Source: Patescibacteria group bacterium
Lineage (GTDB): Bacteria; Patescibacteriota; Gracilibacteria; UBA1369; PNNO01
DNA: 64,000 nucleotides
NCBI GenBank assembly: GCA_042568575.1
Contig: JBHPIO010000001.1
Coordinates: 162,285 to 226,284, forward strand
Direction: 5' to 3'
The position numbers were made by a program, and so were the translations under genes. The notes under the pieces are model-generated. The model was not told the DNA's origin, did no database searches, and worked only from the letters and a program-made list of their open reading frames with translations. Positions 8,137-20,643 of the stretch are shown in pieces; position 1 is the first letter of the stretch, and every line of letters begins with the position of its first letter.

Positions 8137-9381
8137 ATGACTGCACTTGCGAAAACCGACCCAGAGGTTAACGACATATTAAACAAAGAAATGGATAGAC
8201 AGGCTTATGGCCTTGAGTTAATCCCTTCAGAAAATTATGCATCTGAAGCTGTTTTGGAAGCTACAGGTTCTGTTTTCACTAATAAATATTCAGAAGGTTA
8301 TCCAGGAAAAAGATATTACGGCGGTCAGGAATATGTTGATATGGTTGAGCGACTCGCAATTGATCGTGCAAAGGAAATTTTTGGAGTGGAACATGTGAAT
8401 GTGCAGCCTTACTCAGGAAGTCCTGCAAACACCGCAGTTTATTTCGGCCTCTTGGAATATGGCGACACAATCATGGGATTAAAACTTGATCACGGAGGGC
8501 ACATAACTCACGGACTACCAATTAGTTTTTCTGGAAAATCATTCAACTGCATTGGATATGAAGTTGAAAAGGAAACTGGACGAATAAATATGGATCATGT
8601 TCGAGAACTTGCACTTAAACACAAGCCAAAATTGATTATTGCTGGATACACTGCGTACCCTAGACCTATCGACTGGAAAGGGTTTAAATCTATCGCTGAT
8701 GAAATTGGCGCTATCACTATGGCAGACATCGCTCACATTGCAGGTTTAATTGCTGGCGATGCTCACGAAAGCCCAGTCCCACACTTTGATGTAATCACAA
8801 CAACAACTCACAAAACTTTGAGAGGTCCTAGAGGCGCAATGATTATGTGTAAAGAAAAGTTCGCAAAAGATATTGATCGTGCAGTGTTCCCAGGTTTACA
8901 AGGTGGTCCTCACGACAATACTACAGCAGCAAAAGCAGTAGCGTTTGGGGAAGCACTAAAGCCAGAGTTCAAGGATTACGCAGCACAAGTTGTTAAAAAC
9001 GCAAAAGCTCTTGCTGGTAAATTAACAGAACACGGATTCGAGCTAGTTTCTGGCGGAACAGACAACCATTTAATGCTCATAGATCTTACTAATAAAGACA
9101 TACCAGGGAAAGTAGCTCAAGAAGCCCTTGATAAGGCAGGGATAACTCTAAACAAGAACACAGTCCCATTTGATCCTAGATCCCCTTTCGATCCAAGTGG
9201 TATACGTCTTGGAACGCCTGCTCTTACAACTCGTGGAATGAAAGAGGATGAAATGTATAAGATTGCAGGTTGGATTGCAGAAGCACTAGAAAATCACACT
9301 AGTGAAGAACACCTGGCAAAAGTAAAAGGCGAAATTAAAGAGATGTGCAAAAGTTTCCCAGTACCTGGAATTAAAATCTAG
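8137..9381 (+). CDS. glyA: Serine hydroxymethyltransferase
   Basis: [34 protein letters not shown]. Confidence 0.98.
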   Translation: MTALAKTDPEVNDILNKEMDRQAYGLELIPSENYASEAVLEATGSVFTNKYSEGYPGKRYYGGQEYVDMVERLAIDRAKEIFGVEHVNVQPYSGSPANTAVYFGLLEYGDTIMGLKLDHGGHITHGLPISFSGKSFNCIGYEVEKETGRINMDHVRELALKHKPKLIIAGYTAYPRPIDWKGFKSIADEIGAITMADIAHIAGLIAGDAHESPVPHFDVITTTTHKTLRGPRGAMIMCKEKFAKDIDRAVFPGLQGGPHDNTTAAKAVAFGEALKPEFKDYAAQVVKNAKALAGKLTEHGFELVSGGTDNHLMLIDLTNKDIPGKVAQEALDKAGITLNKNTVPFDPRSPFDPSGIRLGTPALTTRGMKEDEMYKIAGWIAEALENHTSEEHLAKVKGEIKEMCKSFPVPGIKI

Positions 9382-10955
9382 TCCTCAGTACGCTTCACGA
9401 TCATAATCGTAATATCATCCATTTGTTTGTAGTCTCCTATAAACTCTTTCACGTTCTGCAAAATAGCATTACGGATTGCAGTTGAATTTTCTAAACTACC
9501 AAACTGCTGAACAGATGACTGAAACCGCTCCATTCCATAGTTTTCCTTTTCATTTTTCCAAGCTTCAGGAATACCATCACTGTATAAAACTATGTAATCA
9601 CCAGGTTGTATCTGGATTTCTTGTTCATTTATCATTTTCGAAATATCCGGGAACATTCCAAGTGCAATACCACCACTTTTAATCACGGAAACCGAGTTAT
9701 TTGCCTTAGAATAGTGAAGAATCGGCTCATGCCCTGCATTCACAAATGTAAGTTTCTTTTGGGTAGTCTCCCAATTCAATAAACAAAGTGTAAGGAACAT
9801 ATTTGCAAGCGACTTAGCTTTGATTACCTTGTTAACTTCAACCATAATTTCTTTTAGGTTTGGATTTTCCAACTTGCTGAAAAACAATGCATTCGCAATA
9901 GATCCAAGTATTCCCGAAGGAACACCATGACCTGTTACATCACCTAAATAAAACATCGTATTTTGATCATCTCTTTTTAAGAAATCGTAAACGTCCCCTC
10001 CAATTTCTTCCGCTGGTATAAGCCCAGCTGAAATATCTAGTCCTTCTAGTTTTGGAATATTTTTAGGAATCAAATCCGCCTGAATTTTCTGCGCAACTTC
10101 AAGCTCTTTCGCAACACGCTCTTTGTAAACAAGTGCCTTCGTACTCTTATCAAGATCTTCCGCCATCTTGTTAAACGCATTACCAAGAAGCTCAAGTTCA
10201 TCATGCGTTTTAATAGTTACACGATGCTGGAAGTCCCCTTTCGCAATAATTCCAGAACTAGCAGTTAATTTCTTCAAAGGTTTTGTAATTCTGTTTGCAA
10301 AGAAGATAATTGTTAATAACCCCACAATCATACCCATAACTGCAAGGAATACGATCCTAAGTGCAGCTGCTTTAATTAAATCATCAAGTCTCTGATAATT
10401 AACATGGAACAAGACAGCAAATTCATCATTAATTGGATAAACCAGATAATCCAGTCTCTCCAAAGCACCAAGGTCCTCAATAGATTGCTCATTATTATCC
10501 ACATACTCATAATTCCCATCCTCATCCTCTTTCAAATAAATAGTTCTTCCTTCCTGAGTATGGACAGAAGGATTATGGGCTTGAGTCTGCTCAAGCAAGT
10601 CAGGATCTGTAATTGGTCTTTCCGGCCCCTGATACTGTTTTTCACTTTCAAGAACAGAGTCATAAAGAACTCGCCCTGAATATTCAAATACTTGAATTGC
10701 ATCTATATCCTGTGTTTTTTGGAAGATACCCGCCATTTCACGATTGAAGTACACAAATCCATTTTGAGCCAAATAGAGGTTATAATTTTCAACTATCAAA
10801 GGCGACGTTAATTCGCTAAACGATCTTGCCTTAAAGAAAATATCCTGAGTCGATTCCTTCTGTTGCTCTTTAATCAAAAGAAAAGCTGCAGCACTAAATA
10901 GTCCGAAAACGAGGATTGTGATTACCGCTACTAGTTTTGCTTTAATTGAGTACAT
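9378..10955 (-). CDS. Membrane sensor-HAMP-SpoIIE (PP2C/RsbU-like) phosphatase
   Basis: Two TMs flanking an extracytoplasmic domain, HAMP ([13 protein letters not shown]), GGDVYD, GDVTGHG, YSDGIPE, DDIT. Confidence 0.9.
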   Translation of the reverse strand: MYSIKAKLVAVITILVFGLFSAAAFLLIKEQQKESTQDIFFKARSFSELTSPLIVENYNLYLAQNGFVYFNREMAGIFQKTQDIDAIQVFEYSGRVLYDSVLESEKQYQGPERPITDPDLLEQTQAHNPSVHTQEGRTIYLKEDEDGNYEYVDNNEQSIEDLGALERLDYLVYPINDEFAVLFHVNYQRLDDLIKAAALRIVFLAVMGMIVGLLTIIFFANRITKPLKKLTASSGIIAKGDFQHRVTIKTHDELELLGNAFNKMAEDLDKSTKALVYKERVAKELEVAQKIQADLIPKNIPKLEGLDISAGLIPAEEIGGDVYDFLKRDDQNTMFYLGDVTGHGVPSGILGSIANALFFSKLENPNLKEIMVEVNKVIKAKSLANMFLTLCLLNWETTQKKLTFVNAGHEPILHYSKANNSVSVIKSGGIALGMFPDISKMINEQEIQIQPGDYIVLYSDGIPEAWKNEKENYGMERFQSSVQQFGSLENSTAIRNAILQNVKEFIGDYKQMDDITIMIVKRTED

Positions 10956-10963
10956 AAGAATTG

Positions 10964-12487
10964 TTAATAGACTTCCCAGGCAAGGATATATCCATCAAGA
11001 CGCGGTCTAAATTGCACGCCTACTCGAACACCATAAACAACATCACTTTCGAAAAGTGGAATACCGAAAATATCTTCTTCTGTAATGATTTTCATGATTT
11101 CATGAAGCTGGGTTGATCTCTTTTTTTGTTCAAGATTCTCCGAACTTAGCTCTACAAGCTGATCTACTTTTTTACTCAGATAATTTCCCCCATTGAAGTG
11201 CCCTTTTGAGTGTACAACGTTTTCAAAAAATGAACTCGCATCACCAAGTTCCGAACGCCATCCAAGATAATACATCTCGGATTCTTTGTTGACTATCTTG
11301 TCTCGCAGGTCTTCCCATTTTAGTAAATTTATTTTTACTGAGAATCCAATTTCTGTTATTTGTTCCTTGATATATTCAGCTACAACTTCTGTTCCCATTG
11401 TCATATCAATCTCAATAGAAGGTCTTTTAAAGGGATCGTACTGCCGAACCAATGTTTTTGCTAAAGTCACATCTTGCTTATTATCCTCAATATCTGGATT
11501 AAACCCAAATATTCCATTGCTCACAAATTGATTTGAAGGCCTTGCAAAGCCATTTGAGAATTCAACAAATGCACGTTTATCAAACGCAAAAGATATTGCC
11601 TTTCTAATACGGCTATCTTGTAAAAGTGTCGAATCCATATTAAAGATAAGGAAATTCACTTCAAGACTCGGCAGAGATGCTATTTCAATTGCAGGGTTAT
11701 CTTTAAGTTCCTGCGCAAATGAAGGAGGCACATTCGCAAGAATATGTACATCACCAGCCTTAAGGGCATCAATCCTGTCGAATCTATTTGGAATAGTCTT
11801 AATTAAAAGAGAAGCATAATAAGGCATTCCTCCCCAATAGTCTTCATATCGTACAAATTGAACGTCCAATTCTTCCAATGAAATAAATTTATATGGACCT
11901 GTCCCAACTGGCATACCAAAATCCTTTTTCTCCGATGGAAAAATCAATACAGAGGAAATCCTATTAACAAGTAGTGGATCAGGTTTCTCAGTTTCTATCA
12001 GAATCGTCAAACCATTAGTTTTCTTAATAGATGTAATTGTTGATAAGACATCAGTTAATCCAGACTTACTGTTTATCATAGCCCTATCAAAACTTGTAAT
12101 AACGTCATCTGCATCAAAAGTAGTTCCATCGTGGAATCGTACATTTGGACGCAGCTTGATCTCCCACTGGGTATCATTCAATCGCCCCCAAGAAAGTGCC
12201 AACGCCGATTCTATTTGCAAATTCCTATCCGTTTTAACTAACGCCTCATAAACGTTAAGAATACGACTTCTTGTAGTTGGATCAAAATAAGTTGGCTCAA
12301 AAATATCAGTTCCTGACGAATATGCAACCACAAGCTCTTTGTCACTCATTTCCTCACTTTCAGCGGTTGAATGGAAAACCCTGTCTTTAAATTGATTATA
12401 TTCATCAATAAAAAAGAGTTGCATGAGCAGATAGCCAAGAAGCGCAAGCAAGGCAATATAAAACAATATTTTCAGAAAAGTCTTCAT
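10964..12487 (-). CDS. Family 5 (OppA/DppA-like) solute-binding protein with N-terminal anchor
   Basis: VYEALV, LRPNVRFHDG, PVGTGPYKF, RIRKAISFAFD. Confidence 0.9.
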   Translation of the reverse strand: MKTFLKILFYIALLALLGYLLMQLFFIDEYNQFKDRVFHSTAESEEMSDKELVVAYSSGTDIFEPTYFDPTTRSRILNVYEALVKTDRNLQIESALALSWGRLNDTQWEIKLRPNVRFHDGTTFDADDVITSFDRAMINSKSGLTDVLSTITSIKKTNGLTILIETEKPDPLLVNRISSVLIFPSEKKDFGMPVGTGPYKFISLEELDVQFVRYEDYWGGMPYYASLLIKTIPNRFDRIDALKAGDVHILANVPPSFAQELKDNPAIEIASLPSLEVNFLIFNMDSTLLQDSRIRKAISFAFDKRAFVEFSNGFARPSNQFVSNGIFGFNPDIEDNKQDVTLAKTLVRQYDPFKRPSIEIDMTMGTEVVAEYIKEQITEIGFSVKINLLKWEDLRDKIVNKESEMYYLGWRSELGDASSFFENVVHSKGHFNGGNYLSKKVDQLVELSSENLEQKKRSTQLHEIMKIITEEDIFGIPLFESDVVYGVRVGVQFRPRLDGYILAWEVY

Positions 12488-12538
12488 TTTTTATTTTTAT
12501 TTCCTTTTATTTTAGCATATTATCGCTGTTTTCTCAAC

Positions 12539-14365
12539 CTACATGTCACGTTTGAGAATTGAAAGGAACGCCTCTTGTGGAATATCAACATTGCCGACTT
12601 TTTTCATACGCTTTTTCCCTGCCTTTTGCTTTTTAAGGAGCTTATCTTTACGAGTTCTATCACCTCCATACAATTTAGCAGTAACATCTTTTCGAAGAGC
12701 CCTAATAGTTTCACGAGCAATAATTTTTGATCCAATCGCAGCCTGAACCGGAATTTCGAATTGAGAACGCGGGATCAACTCTTTAAGTTTCTTTGTAATG
12801 TGCACGCCGACTCTATATGCCTCTTCACGATGAACAATCACAGAAAGAGCCTCAACAACATTCCCTCCAACCAAAACGTCTAATTTTACAAGTTTATCCT
12901 CTCTATACCCAATATAATCATAATTCATTGAAGCGTAACCCGAAGTTATACTTTTAAGTGCATCATAAAAATCAATAACAATCGAAGCCAAAGGTATTTC
13001 AAAAGTTATCATAACCCTATTTTGATCTATATATTGCATATCTTTATGCATTCCTCTTCTCTCTTGAACAAGCTTCATTATACTTCCCGTATAATCTTTT
13101 GGAGTAAGAATCTCAAGCTTCATCCATGGCTCTTTAATACCTAAAATAGAAGCAGGAGGTGGAAGCTCAGAAGGGTTAGATATTTGCATTTCCTCAGCAT
13201 TAGCTTGAATAACTCTGTAAGATACTGACGGAGAAGTAATAATAAGATTAAGATCATATTCCCGTTCAAGCCTTTCCTGAACTATTTCCAAATGAAGCAT
13301 TCCCAAAAACCCACATCTAAAACCAAATCCAAGAGCACCAGACTGTTCTGGAGCAAAAGATAGAGCAGAATCATTTAATTGTAATTTCTCCAATGCATCT
13401 CTTAGAAGTGGATAATCATCTCCATCAACACAAAAAATCCCCGCAAACACATACGGCTTAACCTCAGTATAACCTTCCAGAGGCTTCGCTTGTGTGAACT
13501 TCATTCTTTCAGCACCTTGTTTCCATAAAGTGTCACCTACTCTCGCTTCAGCAACCGTCTTTAAACCTGTAACGATGTATCCCACTTCTCCCGCTTTCAA
13601 CCTCTGTGCTGGCTGATATTTTGGCTTAAAATAACCACATTCAACAACTTCGATTTGCTTTTGAGTGTGCAGTAAATGCAATTGATCCCCTCTTTTTACC
13701 TCACCAGACATCACTCTTATATATGCAACAACACCTTTATACGAATCATATACTGAATCAAAAATTAGTGATTTGAATTCATCATCTCTAGAAGAAGCTG
13801 CCGGAGGTGGAACTTTCTTAATTACCGCTTCTAGAACTGCTTCAATGTTTGTTCCTTCTTTTGCGGAAACAGCTATAATATCCTCCTTTGGAATACCCAA
13901 TGTGGCTTCTATTTCTGCTGACACTTTATCAACATCCGCAGAGGGAAGATCAATTTTATTAAGAACAGGAATTAATTCTAAATTATGATCAATTGCCATG
14001 TAACAATTCGCAAGTGTCTGAGCCTGTATTCCTTGAGTAGCATCAATGACCAGAATCGCGCCTTCACAAGCGGCTAAACTCCGAGAAACTTCATATGCGA
14101 AATCAACGTGTCCAGGCGTATCAATTAGATTCAAAATATAATTCTCGTTGTTATATGCCCACTCCATACGGACAGGCTGAAGTTTAATTGTAATTCCCCT
14201 TTCCTGTTCAATATCCATCGTGTCCAGAAGTTGACCGTGCTTCATATCTCTTTTACTCACCGTACTTGTCACTTCCAAGAAGCGATCAGCGAGGGTCGAT
14301 TTTCCATGATCTATATGCGCGATAATGCAAAAGCTCCTAACGTTTTGTACTAAATTTTTATTCAT
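12539..14365 (-). CDS. lepA: Elongation factor 4
   Basis: IIAHIDHGKSTLADR, ERGITIK, DTPGHVDF, RKDVTAKLYGGD; start placed at ATG 14365. Confidence 0.98.
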   Translation of the reverse strand: MNKNLVQNVRSFCIIAHIDHGKSTLADRFLEVTSTVSKRDMKHGQLLDTMDIEQERGITIKLQPVRMEWAYNNENYILNLIDTPGHVDFAYEVSRSLAACEGAILVIDATQGIQAQTLANCYMAIDHNLELIPVLNKIDLPSADVDKVSAEIEATLGIPKEDIIAVSAKEGTNIEAVLEAVIKKVPPPAASSRDDEFKSLIFDSVYDSYKGVVAYIRVMSGEVKRGDQLHLLHTQKQIEVVECGYFKPKYQPAQRLKAGEVGYIVTGLKTVAEARVGDTLWKQGAERMKFTQAKPLEGYTEVKPYVFAGIFCVDGDDYPLLRDALEKLQLNDSALSFAPEQSGALGFGFRCGFLGMLHLEIVQERLEREYDLNLIITSPSVSYRVIQANAEEMQISNPSELPPPASILGIKEPWMKLEILTPKDYTGSIMKLVQERRGMHKDMQYIDQNRVMITFEIPLASIVIDFYDALKSITSGYASMNYDYIGYREDKLVKLDVLVGGNVVEALSVIVHREEAYRVGVHITKKLKELIPRSQFEIPVQAAIGSKIIARETIRALRKDVTAKLYGGDRTRKDKLLKKQKAGKKRMKKVGNVDIPQEAFLSILKRDM

Positions 14366-14409
14366 ATATCTGGGGATTCCATGCCCTCTTGAACAACATT
14401 CTTGTTCAT
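14362..14409 (-). CDS. Putative uORF MNKNVVQEGMESPDI overlapping the lepA start (ATGA)
   Basis: Downstream of TTTACT-N17-TAGAAT promoter (14477-14449); TGA overlaps lepA ATG. Confidence 0.4.
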   Translation of the reverse strand: MNKNVVQEGMESPDI

Positions 14410-14552
14410 CTTTTATTGTCACTTATTTGTTTAAAATAAGGCGAAAAGATTCTAACAAACATCTTCATAAAAGTAAAATATTATTGTTGATCATCTGCAA
14501 TTGAATTTATAGGCGTTTTTTGGTATACTTATCTGATGTAAATACTTTATTT

Positions 14553-14999
14553 ATGCAATTTAAAGTCCCACAAGACGTACAAAGAGCGGACAAGATCATT
14601 GGGCCGCTAACCCTAAAGCACATGATTATAATTGGTGCTGGAGGTGGTCTTGCGTACATTATTTACACTATTCTCTCTCGAAGTTATTTCTGGGAAGTCT
14701 GGCTTCCGCCTGTAGGAATCATTTTGGTACTCACCGCAGTAATAGCCTTTGTAAAGATATTCAACGTATCTTTCGGGAAATTCGTACTTCTATTTATTGA
14801 ATTTAATATAGCTCCAAGGCAAAGAAAATGGTTTAAAGCCAGCGGAGAAGTGATTATTCCAATAATAACACCACCAAAACCATCAGACGTTCAGGAAAAA
14901 GCCGTTAAAAAGAAACAATCATCTGCAGAAACGATGGGTAAGCTGGATGATCTCTCACATATGCTCGATACATATGGTGAAAAAATCGAAAAATCTTAA
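14553..14999 (+). CDS. PrgI-family membrane protein
   Basis: MQFKVPQDVQRADKIIGPLTLK motif and two TMs. Confidence 0.8.
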   Translation: MQFKVPQDVQRADKIIGPLTLKHMIIIGAGGGLAYIIYTILSRSYFWEVWLPPVGIILVLTAVIAFVKIFNVSFGKFVLLFIEFNIAPRQRKWFKASGEVIIPIITPPKPSDVQEKAVKKKQSSAETMGKLDDLSHMLDTYGEKIEKS

Positions 15000-15009
15000 A
15001 ACATAAAAT

Positions 15010-15787
15010 ATGCCTACAGAAGCAACAAAAACTAAAATCAACGACAAGAGTGTTCGTCAGGCCAAAAAATCACCTGCAGCAAGCACCCAAACATATTTAA
15101 AGATAGCTGAAATTAGAGACGATACAGTTGTACTCAAAAACGGAGGAATTCGTTCTGTATTGAAAGTTTCGAGTGTAAATTTCAGCTTAAAATCAGAAGA
15201 AGAGCAAAACGCTATTATTTACTCATACCAAGGGTTTTTAAACTCTTTGGAGTTCCCAATTCAAATACTTATACAATCAAAAAAGCTAGATATAGACAAT
15301 TATATTGATCATCTTAGCGATCTTGGAGAAAAAACAAACCAATACACTTCTACAGCAACAGACATACGAATATATGGATTACATCCAAAGACTTGTTGAA
15401 TACGCTGATATCATGGAAAAAGCGTTCTACGTAATAATCCCGATGGATACTTTCCGATCAACAAAACCTTCATTCATTCAACGTTTCTTTCAAAACATGT
15501 CGCCGAAAGACACATATTCAGAACTACAAAAACGGCACAAAGAATTTGCACAGCTCAAAAAAACCCTAAACCAGCGCACTACAACTGTTAAAGCAGGGCT
15601 GGAAAGCGCAGGGCTAAAGGTAGATCAACTTAAAACTAAAGATCTTATTGAACTCTTCTACGAAATCTACAACCCAATGAGTTCACGTAATCAAAAAGTT
15701 GACGAGATTGAAAAGATAGACATTAAAACCGACAAAGACGTTCTTTCAGAAGCGGAACGGAATAAAATTGGTAACGACGAAGAGTAA
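15010..15787 (+). pseudogene. PrgI-associated (TraC/VirB4 N-terminal-like) protein split by a frameshift at A6 15329-15334
   Basis: ORFs 15010-15399 and 15305-15787 join as ...DLGEK/QTNTLLQQQTYEY... if one A is removed. Confidence 0.65.
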
Positions 15788-15825
15788 CCTATTGGTTGTA
15801 GGTTCGAACCCCACGGCCCCCACCA
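15785..15825 (+). pseudogene. tRNA 3' half (positions 36-76), att-like remnant
   Basis: TAA-CCTAT-TGGTT-GTAGG-TTCGAAC-CCCAC-GGCCCCC-A-CCA; exact tRNA spacing, one T-stem mismatch, no 5' half. Confidence 0.75.
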
Positions 15826-15833
15826 TACTTGTG

Positions 15834-15861
15834 AAATCTCAACCCAGGTTGAGATTTTTTT
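15834..15861 (+). terminator. Intrinsic terminator after tRNA fragment
   Basis: AAATCTCAACC/GGTTGAGATTT stem followed by T run. Confidence 0.8.
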
Positions 15862-15875
15862 ATACACTTAAAACC

Positions 15876-16033
15876 GTGAACAAAATCTTTTTGAGCCCGC
15901 GTAGTGTTTTTTCTGCGGGTCTCGTGGGCCCCGCAGGCAAAAAAACACGAGCCTTTGCGAAAAACAATTTCGTTCACAACCTTATGAGGAAAGGGGTTCC
16001 CAAAAGGGGGAAACCAGGGGTGTCCCCCTTTTG
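15876..16033. repeat. Long imperfect palindrome (15876-15977) plus GC-rich hairpin (16001-16033; likely 23S-5S terminator)
   Basis: GTGAAC...GTGTTTTTTCTGCGGG/CCCGCAGGCAAAAAAACAC...GTTCAC; CAAAAGGGGGA/TCCCCCTTTTG. Confidence 0.6.
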
Positions 16034-16052
16034 AATATGCTAAAAACCACTA

Positions 16053-16168
16053 TCTTGGCAGCGCCCTACTCTCCCACAACTCATGCTGCAGTACCATCGG
16101 CGAAGAGTGGCTTAACTTCTGTGTTCGGGATGGGAACAGGTGTACCCCACTCTCAAGAGCTACCAAGA
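16053..16168 (-). rRNA. rrf: 5S rRNA
   Basis: CCCATCCCGAACAC, GCCGATGGTACTGC, GAGAGTAGG on minus strand; complementary ends. Confidence 0.95.
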
Positions 16169-16315
16169 CAGTGGCTTTTAAAGCTACTGTCTAAAATTGA
16201 CATGTTATTTCCACAAATTGCTAGTCTTAGCACTAATTTAGTGCCGGTACTAAATCCCTAAAAAATATGGGGACTTAGCACCAACACCGCCGTGCTAAAA
16301 AATACGTTTTAAATA

Positions 16316-19304
<2,989 letters not shown>

Positions 19305-19351
19305 ATTTTTATATTAAAACGTACATATCACGTCAGCGAACTGACATGATT

Positions 19352-19375
19352 GACTAGCAATTCGTAAAAATAACA
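19352..19375 (-). other. 5' arm of 23S processing stem (pairs with 16203-16226)
   Basis: UGUUAUUUUUACGAAUUGCUAGUC pairs over 24 bp (including G-U) with GACUAGCAAUUUGUGGAAAUAACA. Confidence 0.85.
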
Positions 19376-19429
19376 ACGAATCACTAGATTTTTATTACAA
19401 AGTGTTCAATTTGTGGTTATAAACTCTAA

Positions 19430-19442
19430 TTTTCAAGGATCA
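19430..19442 (-). promoter_or_regulatory. boxA-like antitermination element of 23S leader
   Basis: TGATCCTTGAAAA resembles rrn boxA TGTTCTTTGAAAA/TGCTCTTTAACA. Confidence 0.6.
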
Positions 19443-19452
19443 ACTTCATGCG

Positions 19453-19484
19453 AAAAAAAAAGTGTGTACTTGGCGCACACACTC
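19453..19484 (-). terminator. Intrinsic terminator inside the 23S leader
   Basis: AGUGUGUGC-GCCAA-GUACACAC followed by U9. Confidence 0.8.
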
Positions 19485-19508
19485 TCAAACCTAAATAAAC
19501 GCGAGGCT

Positions 19509-19550
19509 TTACGTCTTCAAGCTTAAGAGTATGTACGGATTTTTGCGCAT
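19509..19550 (-). CDS. Putative 23S leader peptide MRKNPYILLSLKT
   Basis: ATG about 27 nt after predicted TSS in a T-rich context; covers the 5' arm of the antiterminator; TAA lies at its loop. Confidence 0.5.
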   Translation of the reverse strand: MRKNPYILLSLKT

Positions 19551-19583
19551 AAAAAAGCTACTTTTTAGCAATTTAGTGTACCG

Positions 19584-19612
19584 ATTATAAAGAATCGAAA
19601 ATCCAAAGTCAA
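19584..19612 (-). promoter_or_regulatory. Dedicated 23S-5S promoter TTGACT-N17-TATAAT
   Basis: -35 at 19612-19607, -10 at 19589-19584. Confidence 0.85.
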
Positions 19613-19636
19613 CTAATTTTTTACTTTTTTTAGACT

Positions 19637-19885
19637 TTAGTTACCTGGGGATAAAATAGGGCCAAACAAACCACTTAATACAGACTGAACCGTTCCGGTA
19701 ATATACATCAATGTAGCGAAAAAAAGTCCAATTCCAATAAGGACGAATAAAGTATACGTTCCACCCGACCCTAAATACTTTTCTGCAAAACCAATATCGC
19801 CGGTGAAATTCTTCAACTTAGACCTATATATAATGATGAGAAATGAAAGTGGAAATCCAATAAGCGCAAAAATGACTTTATTCAT
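19637..19885 (-). CDS. Small two-TM membrane protein
   Basis: Two hydrophobic helices around FTGDIGFAEKYLGSGGTY. Confidence 0.75.
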   Translation of the reverse strand: MNKVIFALIGFPLSFLIIIYRSKLKNFTGDIGFAEKYLGSGGTYTLFVLIGIGLFFATLMYITGTVQSVLSGLFGPILSPGN

Positions 19886-19930
19886 GACAAAATTATTAAC
19901 CAGCTAAATACTATGGAGTATTGTAGCATA

Positions 19931-20500
19931 TTAATAATTACTTCCCAGCGGGGTTATATTATCTACTTCATTCTCGCCAACCATTTTATCCAATTTTTTC
20001 CATAACTTTCTACAAGTCTTGCGTCTTTCATGCGAGATCTTGAGATTTCTTTGATTCTTATTAGCTTCACTTTGAGCGCCTAATAAGAATTTTTCGTATC
20101 TTTTACATGCTTTTTGTCCATCTTGTTGAGTCCCTAAATCTAAAAGCCCTTCGCTTTGACGTTGATCAGTCCAAGATTTTCTTTTTTCTACACAATCATC
20201 TTCTAAACTTTTTTGGTGCTTGAGAAATTTTTTCGCATTATCCTCCTCATAACAACCTTGGGAATAAGTAACCAAGTCCGGAGTCTTCTTCTCTTTCTTA
20301 CAACCTCCAGCAGCTCCAACAGCAGCACCTAGACCTAATGCTCCAAGGATGCCAAGAACTCTATTATTATACCAATGCCTCATCCTCCCAGGTTCTGCTT
20401 TAGGAGTAGGATCATCTATTTCAGATATAATTCCATCAATAAATTCATCACTATATCTTTCGGTTTCTGAACCTGTTTGTCCGCTAGTTGATTCACTCAT
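19931..20500 (-). CDS. Hypothetical protein with internal TM/lipobox-like GAAGGC and Cys-containing helical C-terminus
   Basis: Start at ATG 20500 (MSESTSGQ); upstream TTGACA-N17-TATAAA. Confidence 0.7.
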   Translation of the reverse strand: MSESTSGQTGSETERYSDEFIDGIISEIDDPTPKAEPGRMRHWYNNRVLGILGALGLGAAVGAAGGCKKEKKTPDLVTYSQGCYEEDNAKKFLKHQKSLEDDCVEKRKSWTDQRQSEGLLDLGTQQDGQKACKRYEKFLLGAQSEANKNQRNLKISHERRKTCRKLWKKLDKMVGENEVDNITPLGSNY

Positions 20501-20643
20501 TATATATAGGTAATAATTACAAGACTCATTTATATAATATATGATGATTTTTGTCAAGTATTTTATGTCAATTTATTTTAACAATAATTATCTTGCTTCG
20601 TTGTTAAAAAAGGGATAGGATTTTCTTAGTTATTTTCTAGGCT

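Noticed and set aside
15700-15825. Intron-containing tRNA, with the 3' half as exon 2 after a G
   Set aside because: Upstream sequence is continuous protein-coding; no group I core or 5' exon visible.
15768-16034. 88-aa and 62-aa ORFs downstream of the PrgI-associated gene
   Set aside because: They read through the tRNA fragment, terminator and palindromes.
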